Assembly: GCF_000354175.2 (NCBI RefSeq)
Contig: NC_022359.1
Span: forward strand, 1,560,001 to 1,592,000
DNA from: Vibrio alginolyticus NBRC 15630 = ATCC 17749
GTDB taxonomy: Bacteria; Pseudomonadota; Gammaproteobacteria; Enterobacterales; Vibrionaceae
Reading direction: 5' to 3'
Length of the DNA stretch: 32,000 bases
Every line of letters begins with the position of its first letter. Positions within the stretch are counted from its first letter, which is position 1. The notes beneath the pieces were generated by a model that made no database searches, was not told where the DNA came from, and saw nothing but the letters and a program-made list of their open reading frames with translations. Made by a program: the position numbers and the translations under genes. This document shows positions 20,305 to 29,595 of this stretch, in pieces.

Positions 20305-21198
20305 TTAACTGAAGTTCTCACTCAACCAGTTCGCGATCACGCCAGAGAACTGAATAAACTTAGGATCGTCGTCCAACATCCACTCGGTGTGACCACCTTC
20401 AGGCAGTAAGAATAGAGATTTCGGCCCAGGGTATTTCGCGTACAGCGACTTTGCTTCGGTCACTGGGTGAAGATCGTTTTCTGCACCGTGCGCAATCAAG
20501 ATTGGCGCGTCTGCAAATCGCTCGTCCAGTAGGGCTTCCGGTTTGAAATTGATGAGAGAATCCGCAAAATCCAGATCAGATGTCACGCCGTAGCCCGGTG
20601 CTTTGACCAGTTCAGTGAATACATATTCGCGGCTTACTGGGTCAAGCGGGTAGATTTCAAATGGATCAATCCCCTGCTTTTCTCCACCAAGAGCAAGACG
20701 TGTACGCTCTTCTAACATAAATTGACGGAACGCTTTCCAACCGTGCTCGCCACGTTGAGCAACCTGAACACGTACCGCATCATAAAAGCCGTTCATGGAG
20801 ATAAGGCCATCAATCGCATCTTGACAAACTCGGTAAGCATCAAGAATTAATCCACCGGCCATGCCCCAGCCAGCCAGTACGACTTTGCGGCCTTCCTCGT
20901 CAGCGCGCTGTTTCACAACCGCAACCGCGTTCGCGATGTCACGTACTTGTTCATCTAGGATAACTCGCTCACGAATACCCTCAGATTCACCAAAGCCACG
21001 GTAGTCAAATCCGAATACTGTAAAGCCCTTCGCAGTTAAGGCTCTCGCGTAACGCTCTGGGTGAATATTTTTTTGCCCAGTAAAGCCTGAGCAGACAATA
21101 ACGATCGGTAAGTCTGGGTTGTTAACGTTCTCGTCAGTAAAGAAAGCGCCATCAAGGCGTAGACCATCACTAATTACTGGGGCTTTTTGTTCAATCAT
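20305..21198 (-). CDS. alpha/beta-hydrolase-fold protein with an atypical nucleophile elbow
   Basis: ORF 20305..21234. The track start is a TTG; the ATG at 21198 is preferred. Fold markers are FDYRGFGESEG, the elbow VVLAGWGMAGG, the acid loop AHGAENDLHP and the His loop EGGHTEW. The residue at the expected Ser position is Gly (codon GGC). Confidence 0.75.
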   Translation of the reverse strand: MIEQKAPVISDGLRLDGAFFTDENVNNPDLPIVIVCSGFTGQKNIHPERYARALTAKGFTVFGFDYRGFGESEGIRERVILDEQVRDIANAVAVVKQRADEEGRKVVLAGWGMAGGLILDAYRVCQDAIDGLISMNGFYDAVRVQVAQRGEHGWKAFRQFMLEERTRLALGGEKQGIDPFEIYPLDPVSREYVFTELVKAPGYGVTSDLDFADSLINFKPEALLDERFADAPILIAHGAENDLHPVTEAKSLYAKYPGPKSLFLLPEGGHTEWMLDDDPKFIQFSGVIANWLSENFS

Positions 21199-21352
21199 AA
21201 TTATCTCGTCCAAATGAATGTGTATGCTCGACAAAGAAGTCCTTGTCTTAAGTCACATCATGTTCGAATTTTGATAGCAATAATTTAACAATTGCGACAT
21301 TCTTATCCAGAAATACGACATAGATGAACTGCCCACTTGGTGACCACAGAGA

Positions 21353-22309
21353 ATGAAAACGACACACACGTATCGCATTGGTTTTTTCCTTATTCCTGAT
21401 TTTTCGATGCTCTCTTTTTCGGCGGTTATCGAACCTCTTCGAATGGCCAACCGCCTCGCTGGTTGCGATTTGTATCAGTGGGATATTTATGGATTCGAAG
21501 ATAAAGAAGTGTCGGCCAGTAATGGCGTTTCATTCTCGCCAACACAGTCAGTCAACAACATTGCTCATTTAGACTTGCTGCTGGTTGTGGCAGGTATTGG
21601 CGCCCATGTTGCTGCTGCGAGTGGCTCGGTGAATCAGTGGTTAAAGCAAGCGCTTCGTCAAGGCATCGCCGTGGGCTCGACTTCGACAGGCAGCGTATTG
21701 TTAGCAAAAGCTGGCCTGTTAAAAAACAAAACGTGTACCGTGCATTGGGAGTCCGCCAACAGCCTGGCAGAGGAGTTTCCAAACATTAACGTGACCAGTG
21801 AGTTGTACGAATTCGACCCACGCACACCAACTTGTTCGGGCGGCTTAGCCGGTTTGGATATGATGCTTCATTTAATTACAAACCAACATGGGAGTGACTT
21901 GGCGAATCAAGTGGCAGAGCAATGCATTCACCCTGCGATTCGACCCGCGCATGATAAACAGCGGATGTCGTTAATCCGTAAGCACAACATCCGCCACCCG
22001 CGCCTGCTCGACGCTGTAGAGATCATGGAAGCCAACATGGAAGAGCCGCTAAAGTGCTATGAAATTGGCGAACAAGTAGGATTATCGGTCAGGCAGATGG
22101 AAAGGTTATTTTTGCAATACTTGCAAGACAAACCAGGCAATTACTACCTTCAATTGCGCTTAGAACGCGCTCAACATTTGTTGTTGCAAACCATGCTGTC
22201 CATCACTCAAATCAGCACGGCTTGTGGGTTCAGTTCTACATCGTATTTTGCGCGCTGCTACAAAAAACGCTATGAAAAAACGCCGCGTGAAGAGCGACGT
22301 TTAGCTTAA
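21353..22309 (+). CDS. GlxA-family transcriptional regulator (DJ-1/PfpI-like domain + AraC HTH)
   Basis: ORF of 318 aa. The N-terminal GATase1-like domain begins IGFFLIPDFSMLSF. The C-terminal AraC-type HTH reads ISTACGFSSTSYFARCYKKRY. It is divergent from the hydrolase gene. Confidence 0.85.
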   Translation: MKTTHTYRIGFFLIPDFSMLSFSAVIEPLRMANRLAGCDLYQWDIYGFEDKEVSASNGVSFSPTQSVNNIAHLDLLLVVAGIGAHVAAASGSVNQWLKQALRQGIAVGSTSTGSVLLAKAGLLKNKTCTVHWESANSLAEEFPNINVTSELYEFDPRTPTCSGGLAGLDMMLHLITNQHGSDLANQVAEQCIHPAIRPAHDKQRMSLIRKHNIRHPRLLDAVEIMEANMEEPLKCYEIGEQVGLSVRQMERLFLQYLQDKPGNYYLQLRLERAQHLLLQTMLSITQISTACGFSSTSYFARCYKKRYEKTPREERRLA

Positions 22310-22345
22310 GATTGAGTAAGAGAAAGGAGTTCAATCTCTTCGATC

Positions 22346-23695
22346 TCATCGTGATGTGTCAGACGGCTTATCGGACAACGTGCCTTGGTAAAGCAATGAT
22401 AGCCAAGCAATTACCTGCTCTTTACTGGCTTTATCAAGTTGCAAACAGCCCTCTTCTATCGCTGACACGTGCGAGGCGGGCAGTTCTTTCTCTGCCAAAG
22501 TACGAAACTTACCTCGCATCTCGCCTCGACTGAGCGGATTTTCAGGATTACCTCGCGCAATACAGGGAGGTGAAGTCAGTTTGTCGCCATTTTTCAACGT
22601 CACCACGACATGCGCCCAACGTTCGGCTGGAAACTTATCATTGTATGCAGGCTCTTCAATTAACTTCATCCGTTCCGTAAGTGCCAAGCGAGCAGGATCG
22701 TTCAGTCCTTTGGTGACGGCTTCTACCGTGACCGTATTATCTATAACCGCACTCGCGACTGAAAATGGCAAACTGTACTGAGCCTGCTCGGTTGTCTCAG
22801 GGCGCTTGGTATGCAGGCACACCGCCTGGTGAAAGCTGTGAACTTCGATAAGTTCAATCTCATCAGGTTCTAGTTTATTTTCTTGTTGCAGCGCTCTCAC
22901 CGCTTCAACCGCGGGTTGAGCCCAACGACAAACCGGATACGGTTTAAAGTATTGCTCCAGGATATACCAGCGCTGCCCTAAATCTGCCCACAAAGCGTGA
23001 GTTTGTTGGTCCAGCAGAGTCACGGCTGGCGCGCCAGTAAAGCCCTCTTCTGCCAGCTCTGCACTGGCAAAGCCCGCCATCGCTCCCCAGCCAGAGCCGT
23101 CTTTGAGCATGGTTGGATGTTCAATACAACGCATCATTTGACTGCGCGGGCCATAGAACTCGGCAATGCCGAGCGCATGCTCTGTTTGTGCATCCGTTAA
23201 GTCTTTTCTTCTTGCAGACACCGCAGCGACGCCCAACGCATTCCAAGCACCAGAAGTATGATAGTCACAAGCGGTTTGATGCAGCGCGATTCCGGCGCGA
23301 GTTGCAATTTCGTAGCCAATGATGAGGGACGTTAATAACTCTTCTCCCGTGATCGCTGACTCATGCATACTGGCGAGCAGCCCCGGCAAAACAGCGACGC
23401 CAACATGGCCTTTCGTCAGGACTTGGCCGTCGTGCGCGTCCATGCTGTCAATCAACATGCCGCCATATAGAGTCGCCCCACAACCACTGGCCGTGTGATC
23501 AGAAAACAGCATCGGCGTATCACCGGCAAACTGCTTCTGCGCGAGTTTAGCTACCATATTTTGCAGTTGCGTCGCTTTACCTGCTGCGGCGACACCTAAC
23601 AAATCCAAGACGCAATATTTCGCTTGTTCAATAACGTCAGCAGGAAGCTGTTCAAAGGTTAATTCGTGAATAAATCGATGAATAGATTGCATCAT
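22346..23695 (-). CDS. MmgE/PrpD-family protein (2-methylcitrate dehydratase superfamily; function unknown)
   Basis: ORF of 449 aa. Blocks AKYCVLDLLGVAAAG, KPYPVCRWAQPAVEA and QYSLPFSVASAVI align by eye with my recollection of E. coli PrpD. It is shorter than authentic PrpD. Confidence 0.75.
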   Translation of the reverse strand: MMQSIHRFIHELTFEQLPADVIEQAKYCVLDLLGVAAAGKATQLQNMVAKLAQKQFAGDTPMLFSDHTASGCGATLYGGMLIDSMDAHDGQVLTKGHVGVAVLPGLLASMHESAITGEELLTSLIIGYEIATRAGIALHQTACDYHTSGAWNALGVAAVSARRKDLTDAQTEHALGIAEFYGPRSQMMRCIEHPTMLKDGSGWGAMAGFASAELAEEGFTGAPAVTLLDQQTHALWADLGQRWYILEQYFKPYPVCRWAQPAVEAVRALQQENKLEPDEIELIEVHSFHQAVCLHTKRPETTEQAQYSLPFSVASAVIDNTVTVEAVTKGLNDPARLALTERMKLIEEPAYNDKFPAERWAHVVVTLKNGDKLTSPPCIARGNPENPLSRGEMRGKFRTLAEKELPASHVSAIEEGCLQLDKASKEQVIAWLSLLYQGTLSDKPSDTSR

Positions 23696-23709
23696 CTACT
23701 GCTCCAGTT

Positions 23710-24546
23710 TTAGCGTTTTGCCTTCGACAATAGCGTTGTGATCAATGGTGTATTGCTGTCTCGCACGGTAGGCAGCTCGAACCTGGCTTTATCAATATCG
23801 TCCAATGACAAGGTTGCAGTTATCAAGGTTTCACCGTCTTCTGCCTGCGCCAATAGCTCGCCCGTTGGAGACAAAATACAGCTTCCTCCCCAAAACCACG
23901 CTTCGCCCTCTGGCCCGTAACGATTAGCCATCAAAACTGGAGTTCCGTAGAGCACCGCATAAAATTTAACGTTAACTAACCAGTTGTCTTCGTTGGAAAA
24001 GTCTTTACTGACAATACTGCTGGCCGAGTTGATCGGCGCGAGCAAGATTTCAGGCTTATCGAGTAGCGCGCAATGAACCAAAGGTGGGTTCCATAAATCG
24101 GCACAAATTAAAACCGAGCCTCGCCAATTTTCATCAAGACAAACGCTGGTGGTAGCCTCTCCCGAATGAAACCACTTACCCTCTTCAAGCCCACCATAGG
24201 TTGGTAAATTGACTTTACGATGCACAGCAACCACCGTACCACCGAGCAACCAAGCCATCGCGTTGTAGTATTCTCCCGGAGCGGCCTGTTCAACAAAGCC
24301 GACAATCACGGACATCTGCGGTGCAAGTTGCGCAAGCTCTTTAAGCCGAGCATCATCACGCTTCATGGCAACTTCACGCACAGAGGATTGGAGCTGGTAT
24401 CCGGTCAAGGAGAGTTCAGGAAACAGCAATAGCTGCGACCCTATGGCCGCAGCTTGCTTTATGTAATCCTGATGAGTATTCAGATTGGCATTCACATCGC
24501 CTAACTGGGCGTTGATTTGGGCCACACTGACTTGCAAGATAGTCAT
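23710..24546 (-). CDS. carbon-nitrogen hydrolase (nitrilase superfamily amidase)
   Basis: ORF 23710..24618. The ATG at 24546 lies 4 nt after the upstream gene's stop codon (24551-24553). The Glu-Lys-Cys triad context is present: FPELSLTGY, HRKVNLP and VLICADLW. Confidence 0.85.
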   Translation of the reverse strand: MTILQVSVAQINAQLGDVNANLNTHQDYIKQAAAIGSQLLLFPELSLTGYQLQSSVREVAMKRDDARLKELAQLAPQMSVIVGFVEQAAPGEYYNAMAWLLGGTVVAVHRKVNLPTYGGLEEGKWFHSGEATTSVCLDENWRGSVLICADLWNPPLVHCALLDKPEILLAPINSASSIVSKDFSNEDNWLVNVKFYAVLYGTPVLMANRYGPEGEAWFWGGSCILSPTGELLAQAEDGETLITATLSLDDIDKARFELPTVRDSNTPLITTLLSKAKR

Positions 24547-24550
24547 GGTA

Positions 24551-25432
24551 TTACCCCAAGTTATGCTCAGATAGGAACTGGCTTGCGACTTCTGAGATCG
24601 AACGTCGCTCCACATCAACTTGTTGATTCAATGTCGACATCGTATCGCCATCGATCGCCGCAGAAAGCGCGTTCATTTGCTCGGCAAGGTCTGGGTTCGC
24701 ATCTAGCGTTTCTTGGCGAACCACAGGAGTGATCGCGTAATCAGGGAAGAACTGTTTGTCATCCGTTAAAACGGTAAAACCAAATGCTTTGATACGACCA
24801 TCTGTTGCAAATACGAGCGCAGCATCGACTTCTTGCCCTTTTAGCGCATCATAAGTTAACCCAGTATCCATGCGTTTCACTTGGTCTCGTGAAGCTTTGA
24901 ATTTGTAGGTTTTCTGTAAAGGTCGGAAGCCATCTTTTCGTGCATAGAATTCCGCATTCAAAGCAATGGTCATTGGCGGGTCTTGGCGCATTTGCTCGGC
25001 AAACTCGGACAAGGTTGAGATGCCACGTTGTTTCGCATCGTCACTGCGCATAGCGAGCGCGTAGGTGTTGTTCGCTTTTGAAGGGTTAAGCCAAACTAGG
25101 CCTTTCTTCGCATCGAGTTCCTTAACGCGTTGATACACTTGCTCTGCTGGGAGCTTGTCTTTGACTTTGTTGTAAATGATCAGTGATGTGCCCGTGTATT
25201 CCCAATAAAGATCAATCTGGCCGTTTTCTTGCGCTTTACGCAAAACCGCACTGCCCATGCCCGAACGCTTATCAACGTCGTAGCCTTTTTTGGTTAAATA
25301 TTGAGACGTGATCTCCGTTAAAAGCTGTTGTTCTGTAAAGTTTTTGCCACCTACGACGATTTCCGCGGATGCGTGAAAACTTGAAAGCAGTACACCAACG
25401 GCCAGCAAGCGGCGAGTAATTTGCTTTAACAT
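24551..25432 (-). CDS. ABC transporter substrate-binding protein, OpuC/OsmF(YehZ)-type (quaternary-amine/osmoprotectant binding family)
   Basis: ORF of 293 aa. A signal peptide ends at HASAE. The IDLYWEYTGT aromatic-box block is typical of glycine betaine/choline/carnitine-type binding proteins. Confidence 0.8.
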   Translation of the reverse strand: MLKQITRRLLAVGVLLSSFHASAEIVVGGKNFTEQQLLTEITSQYLTKKGYDVDKRSGMGSAVLRKAQENGQIDLYWEYTGTSLIIYNKVKDKLPAEQVYQRVKELDAKKGLVWLNPSKANNTYALAMRSDDAKQRGISTLSEFAEQMRQDPPMTIALNAEFYARKDGFRPLQKTYKFKASRDQVKRMDTGLTYDALKGQEVDAALVFATDGRIKAFGFTVLTDDKQFFPDYAITPVVRQETLDANPDLAEQMNALSAAIDGDTMSTLNQQVDVERRSISEVASQFLSEHNLG

Positions 25433-25467
25433 GTTTGACTCCTGTCTGTGTTCAATTTTTAGGATTG

Positions 25468-26202
25468 TTATTGTCTAGCTCTAATAGGGTTACAGCCTTT
25501 AGGTACAGTGACATAGGAAACGGCTCCTACCACACTGTCGATAGCGATAGCCAACATCGCTGTAGGAATAGCGCCTGCCAGCATCATGATGGGTTCATCC
25601 AGATCAATACCGGTAAAAATGAGCTCCCCTAACCCACCGCCACCAATTAAGAAGGCCAGTGGCACGGTGCCCACGTTGACAGCTAACGCCGTGCGGATAC
25701 CGGCAAAAGTGACGAACAGCGCATTAGGAATTTCAACCTGAAATAACATTTGTAACTCGGTCATACCAATGCCTGACGCCGCTTCTTTTAAATGAGCGGG
25801 CACTTCTTTCAGCCCGATGTAGGTGTTTCTGACAATCGGCAACAACGAGGCAATCGTCAGCCCAAATACCGCAGGCACGGTGCCAATGCCAAGAAAGCTC
25901 ATTGCCAGCGCAAGAATAGCTAAAGTAGGAATCGTGGTCCCCACATTCAAAACCTGCATCGCCGATTCTGCGACTTTCTGAAAACGAGGACGGCTGAGCA
26001 ATACGCCGACGGGAATAGCGATTAGGATCGCCAATCCACCAGACAGCAGCACCAGTTCAATGTGCTGAACCGTCAAATAAACAATGTCTTCTTGGTAGTA
26101 GAGGAAATCATCGATCGTACCCGCGCCTTGTAAATAAATACCCAACGCAAAGACACACGCCAATAAAACGAAATAGTAGGTTTGTTTTAGCTGATTGGTC
26201 AC
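25468..26202 (-). CDS. ABC transporter permease (OpuC/YehY-type)
   Basis: ORF of 244 aa and multi-pass hydrophobic. EAA loop LKEAASGIGMTELQMLFQVEIPNA. The start overlaps the ATPase stop by 4 nt (ATGA). Confidence 0.85.
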   Translation of the reverse strand: MTNQLKQTYYFVLLACVFALGIYLQGAGTIDDFLYYQEDIVYLTVQHIELVLLSGGLAILIAIPVGVLLSRPRFQKVAESAMQVLNVGTTIPTLAILALAMSFLGIGTVPAVFGLTIASLLPIVRNTYIGLKEVPAHLKEAASGIGMTELQMLFQVEIPNALFVTFAGIRTALAVNVGTVPLAFLIGGGGLGELIFTGIDLDEPIMMLAGAIPTAMLAIAIDSVVGAVSYVTVPKGCNPIRARQ

Positions 26203-27368
26203 GATGCCTCCTTAGCCTGATGCAATGGCTGTGGCTCACTAAGAGAGGTATCGCGCTGATAAGTTGCGCCTAGATAATGAGTAATGCCGCGCTGTGTGAC
26301 TTCGCCCACTAAGCGGCCATTCTCGTCAACACACGGCATCCAAACAATGTCGTGCGTGAACATCTTCGACGCGACTTTACGCAGATCATCCGTGGTTCGG
26401 GCGATTGTTTTCAGGCCGACATAATGTTCGCCGCAGTACCCCTTCATATTGATTGCTGTAGCTTTTGGCACATAACCGATAGGCTGGTGTTGGCCATTTA
26501 CTAATATCACGGCGTCGCGATACCCATACGCGTCAATTTTGGTTAAAGCGTCGGCAAGCGTCTCGTTAGGTTTCACGTGCGCAAAGGTGGTCTGCATGAC
26601 GGACTCAGCCGTCACTAAGCGTAGACGTTTAAGTGCGCGATCATCTCCGACAAAGTTTTTCACGAAATCATCTTTCGGGTGTGCGAGCAAATCGTCAGGC
26701 GTATCGTACTGAACCAGATGACCATCGCGGAAAATCGCAATTCTATCGGCCATTTTGACCGCTTCATCAATGTCATGACTGACAAACATGATGGTCTTGT
26801 TGAGCTCTTGCTGCATTTTAAGGAACTCATCCTGGATTACTTCACGGTTGATCGGGTCAATCGCACCAAAAGGTTCATCCATCAGCATGACGGGAGGATC
26901 CGCAGCTAGCGCTCGAGCAACTCCAATTCGTTGCTGCTGTCCGCCAGACAACTCATTTGGATAACGATTAAGAAAGACACTAGGATCAAGAGCAACCATC
27001 TCCAATAGCTCTTTTGCACGCGTCATGTATCTTGCCTTATCCCACCCTAATAACTTGGGAACCACCGCGATGTTTTCGCCGATCGTCATGTTGGGAAATA
27101 AGCCAATTTGCTGAATAACATAGCCGATGTTGCGGCGCAGAGTGACTGTATCCATCCCAGAAGTATCTTCACCGCCAAGATAGATCTTGCCCGATGTCGC
27201 GGGAATAATTCGGTTGACCATTTTCAGCGTGGTGGTTTTGCCACAACCGGACGGGCCAAGTAACACACATATTTCACCACTGTGAACTTCCATCTCAATG
27301 TGATCTGCGGCAGTCACCGGGCCATTAGGCGTTTCAAAAATTTTGGTTAGCTTGTCAATTTTGATCAT
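26199..27368 (-). CDS. ABC transporter ATP-binding protein with C-terminal CBS pair (OpuCA/YehX/ProV-type)
   Basis: ORF of 389 aa. Walker A GPSGCGKTT, signature LSGGQQQRIGVARAL and Walker B VMLMDEPFGAID. A C-terminal extension of about 130 aa is typical of the CBS domains in osmoprotectant importers. Confidence 0.9.
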   Translation of the reverse strand: MIKIDKLTKIFETPNGPVTAADHIEMEVHSGEICVLLGPSGCGKTTTLKMVNRIIPATSGKIYLGGEDTSGMDTVTLRRNIGYVIQQIGLFPNMTIGENIAVVPKLLGWDKARYMTRAKELLEMVALDPSVFLNRYPNELSGGQQQRIGVARALAADPPVMLMDEPFGAIDPINREVIQDEFLKMQQELNKTIMFVSHDIDEAVKMADRIAIFRDGHLVQYDTPDDLLAHPKDDFVKNFVGDDRALKRLRLVTAESVMQTTFAHVKPNETLADALTKIDAYGYRDAVILVNGQHQPIGYVPKATAINMKGYCGEHYVGLKTIARTTDDLRKVASKMFTHDIVWMPCVDENGRLVGEVTQRGITHYLGATYQRDTSLSEPQPLHQAKEAS

Positions 27369-27392
27369 TTGAATGTCCCTATTATTTGTCCT

Positions 27393-28064
27393 TTATCGAG
27401 CAGCGGTTAGGCCCGGTGGCGTTAATCTTTTTTGTAGTCGAATCAATCCGTAATCCGCGATGATAGCCAGAAGGCTGACGGCGATGGCACCAACGATCAG
27501 TTGTCGAGGATCACTTTGCGAGATGCCACGGCTGATAAACACGCCCAGCCCACCGGCTCCGATATACGCGGCGATCGCCATAACGCCAATATTCATTACT
27601 ACTGCCGTTCTCACACCCGCCATAATCACCGGAATCGCCAATGGAATTTCCACCATTTTCAAACGTTGAAAAGGCGTCATCCCGATACCGCGAGCAGCCT
27701 CTCTGAGCGATGGTTCTACGTTGTGAATTGCGGTATAAGTGTTGCGAATAATAGGCAGCTGAGAATAAAGCAGTACGGTAATCACGGCGGGCACGTAGCC
27801 AATCCCATGACCAATGGTCGATAAGAGAGGAATCATCAAACCAAACAATGCGATTGAAGGAATGGTGATAATGATGGACGCTACGTAAAGCACCACTTTC
27901 GCAGCGCGCTCATTTTGTGTGATAAGAATGCCGATAGGTACGCCAGTTAAGATGGCAAGCCCAACAGCCAGAGCAACCAAAGAGATGTGCTCCATGGTAA
28001 GCGTACCTAGCAGCGCTAAGTTATCTATGGTGAAATTTAGTAAGTCCAAGTAGGTCTCCCCCAA
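27393..28064 (-). CDS. ABC transporter permease (OpuC/YehW-type)
   Basis: ORF of 223 aa. EAA loop LREAARGIGMTPFQRLKMVEIPLA. The start is uncertain. 28064 is a TTG. A TTG at 28049 follows GGGGGAG by 6 nt. An ATG at 27995 would delete conserved N-terminal residues. Confidence 0.8.
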   Translation of the reverse strand: MGETYLDLLNFTIDNLALLGTLTMEHISLVALAVGLAILTGVPIGILITQNERAAKVVLYVASIIITIPSIALFGLMIPLLSTIGHGIGYVPAVITVLLYSQLPIIRNTYTAIHNVEPSLREAARGIGMTPFQRLKMVEIPLAIPVIMAGVRTAVVMNIGVMAIAAYIGAGGLGVFISRGISQSDPRQLIVGAIAVSLLAIIADYGLIRLQKRLTPPGLTAAR

Positions 28065-28281
28065 CTGTGATTCGCAACCAAGTTAACAGGAGATTAAATT
28101 ACGCTACTTTTTATTAACAGTGTTGTAAAATAGCGACACGTAAAGATAGAAATACGAAATATTAAGAAAGGAATGAACTGGCTTTCTCATCACCAAAACA
28201 CGCTTGATTGGCGATGAGTAGCACTAGTAAACAATTTGATTATATAGGAACTTAAAAGCCTGTGCTGGCATGAAGAACTGA

Positions 28282-29595
28282 CTACAACGAGCGGTTAAAT
28301 TGCTCCACGGCCTCTACAACACGGCTAGCGCCATCTTGTATTTCATTCATCACATTGCCTGCTTTTTCAGAGAGCTCTAGCGTATCTAGTGCTTCTTTTT
28401 GGCATTTAGCGATCAGCTTAACTGCGTTATCTGTTCGCTGTAGGTTTTCACTGACCATTGTGACAATTTCATCGGTGGTTGCATTGGTTCTTGTAGCAAG
28501 CTGTCTGACTTCATCAGCAACAACGGCAAAACCTCTACCATGCTCACCCGCACGAGCCGCTTCTATCGCCGCATTTAACGCCAATAAGTTAGTTTGGTCA
28601 GCGATACCACTGATGCTATTTACCAACTCGCTAATACGCGATGAGTGCGCTTTAAGCTCGTCAATCGCGGTGTTCGCTTGCTGCATTTGCTCGGAAAGTA
28701 TCTGCATCTTTTCTAACGTTGAGCCTATAACCTCTTGCCCTTGCAGGGTTTGTGTTCCAGTTTCTTGGGAGATTTCGTTCGCCAATTGCGCAGCCTGGGC
28801 CATTTTCTGTTCCTGCATCACCTGCTGGGTAATATCTGTCGCGAACTTAACGACCTTGTAGAGCTCTCCTCTGTCGTTATGGATAGGGTTATATGAAGCC
28901 TCTAACCACACCTCTTCACCATAACGGTTAACTCGTTTGAATCGCTCTGATGAAAATTGCCCTTTTGCTAAACGTTGCCAAAACTCACGGTAAGCTTGAG
29001 AGCTCGACTCTTCCTGATCACAAAACATGCGATGATGCTTCCCTAGAATCTGATCAAGCGTATAACCCATTGTGTTTAGGAAATTATCGTTGGCTTTTAA
29101 AACATGGCCATCTAATGTGAACTCAATCACCGCCATAGAACGACTTAATGCATTTAGCATGTCCTCTTGCTCACGGGATGATTTGATCGTTCGCGTAAGT
29201 TCAGAAGCAAAAACAAAAAAGCTTTCTACTTCTCTGCGCTCATTTAAAACAGGCTGGATAATCGTTCTTAACCAGGCTTCCTCACCATTACCTTTCCGTA
29301 CTTGCAATGCCCCATTCCAGAACACTTTATCTTGGACGGCTTTCTTCATTCGATGAAAGTGGTCTGTATTGCGCGAATTTGACGGTACCAATTCAGTAAT
29401 TGATTTCGTTAAGATCTCATCATCATGTAAGAAAAGTTCTTGCTGTAGTTTGGTATTTGCAGAAGTAATGAGGCCTTTACTATCCAATGTTAAGCGGATC
29501 ATCTCTTCATCTAAACTGGTTTGGATTTGCTGCAGGATTTGCAACTCCTGCTTTAATCGTTGATTTTCTTGTTGAAGCGACTTATTAAAAAACAT
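28282..29595 (-). CDS. soluble methyl-accepting chemotaxis protein with two PAS domains (BdlA/Aer2-like architecture)
   Basis: ORF of 437 aa with no hydrophobic transmembrane segment. Two PAS-like repeats are visible ([15 protein letters not shown]... and [16 protein letters not shown]...). The MCP signalling hairpin [36 protein letters not shown] is invariant. Confidence 0.85.
   Translation of the reverse strand: MFFNKSLQQENQRLKQELQILQQIQTSLDEEMIRLTLDSKGLITSANTKLQQELFLHDDEILTKSITELVPSNSRNTDHFHRMKKAVQDKVFWNGALQVRKGNGEEAWLRTIIQPVLNERREVESFFVFASELTRTIKSSREQEDMLNALSRSMAVIEFTLDGHVLKANDNFLNTMGYTLDQILGKHHRMFCDQEESSSQAYREFWQRLAKGQFSSERFKRVNRYGEEVWLEASYNPIHNDRGELYKVVKFATDITQQVMQEQKMAQAAQLANEISQETGTQTLQGQEVIGSTLEKMQILSEQMQQANTAIDELKAHSSRISELVNSISGIADQTNLLALNAAIEAARAGEHGRGFAVVADEVRQLATRTNATTDEIVTMVSENLQRTDNAVKLIAKCQKEALDTLELSEKAGNVMNEIQDGASRVVEAVEQFNRSL

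Noticed and set aside
28186-28218. Imperfect hairpin CTCATCaCCAA...TTGGcGATGAG as the terminator of the chemoreceptor gene
   Set aside because: The stem is interrupted by bulges and neither strand has a following T-tract. This is insufficient for a terminator call.
28355-28861. 168-aa plus-strand ORF inside the chemoreceptor gene
   Set aside because: It is antisense to a gene with an unmistakable MCP signalling domain. Its Ser/Ala/Cys-rich, low-complexity translation is what the antisense of Ala/Glu-rich MCP codons produces. There is no start context.
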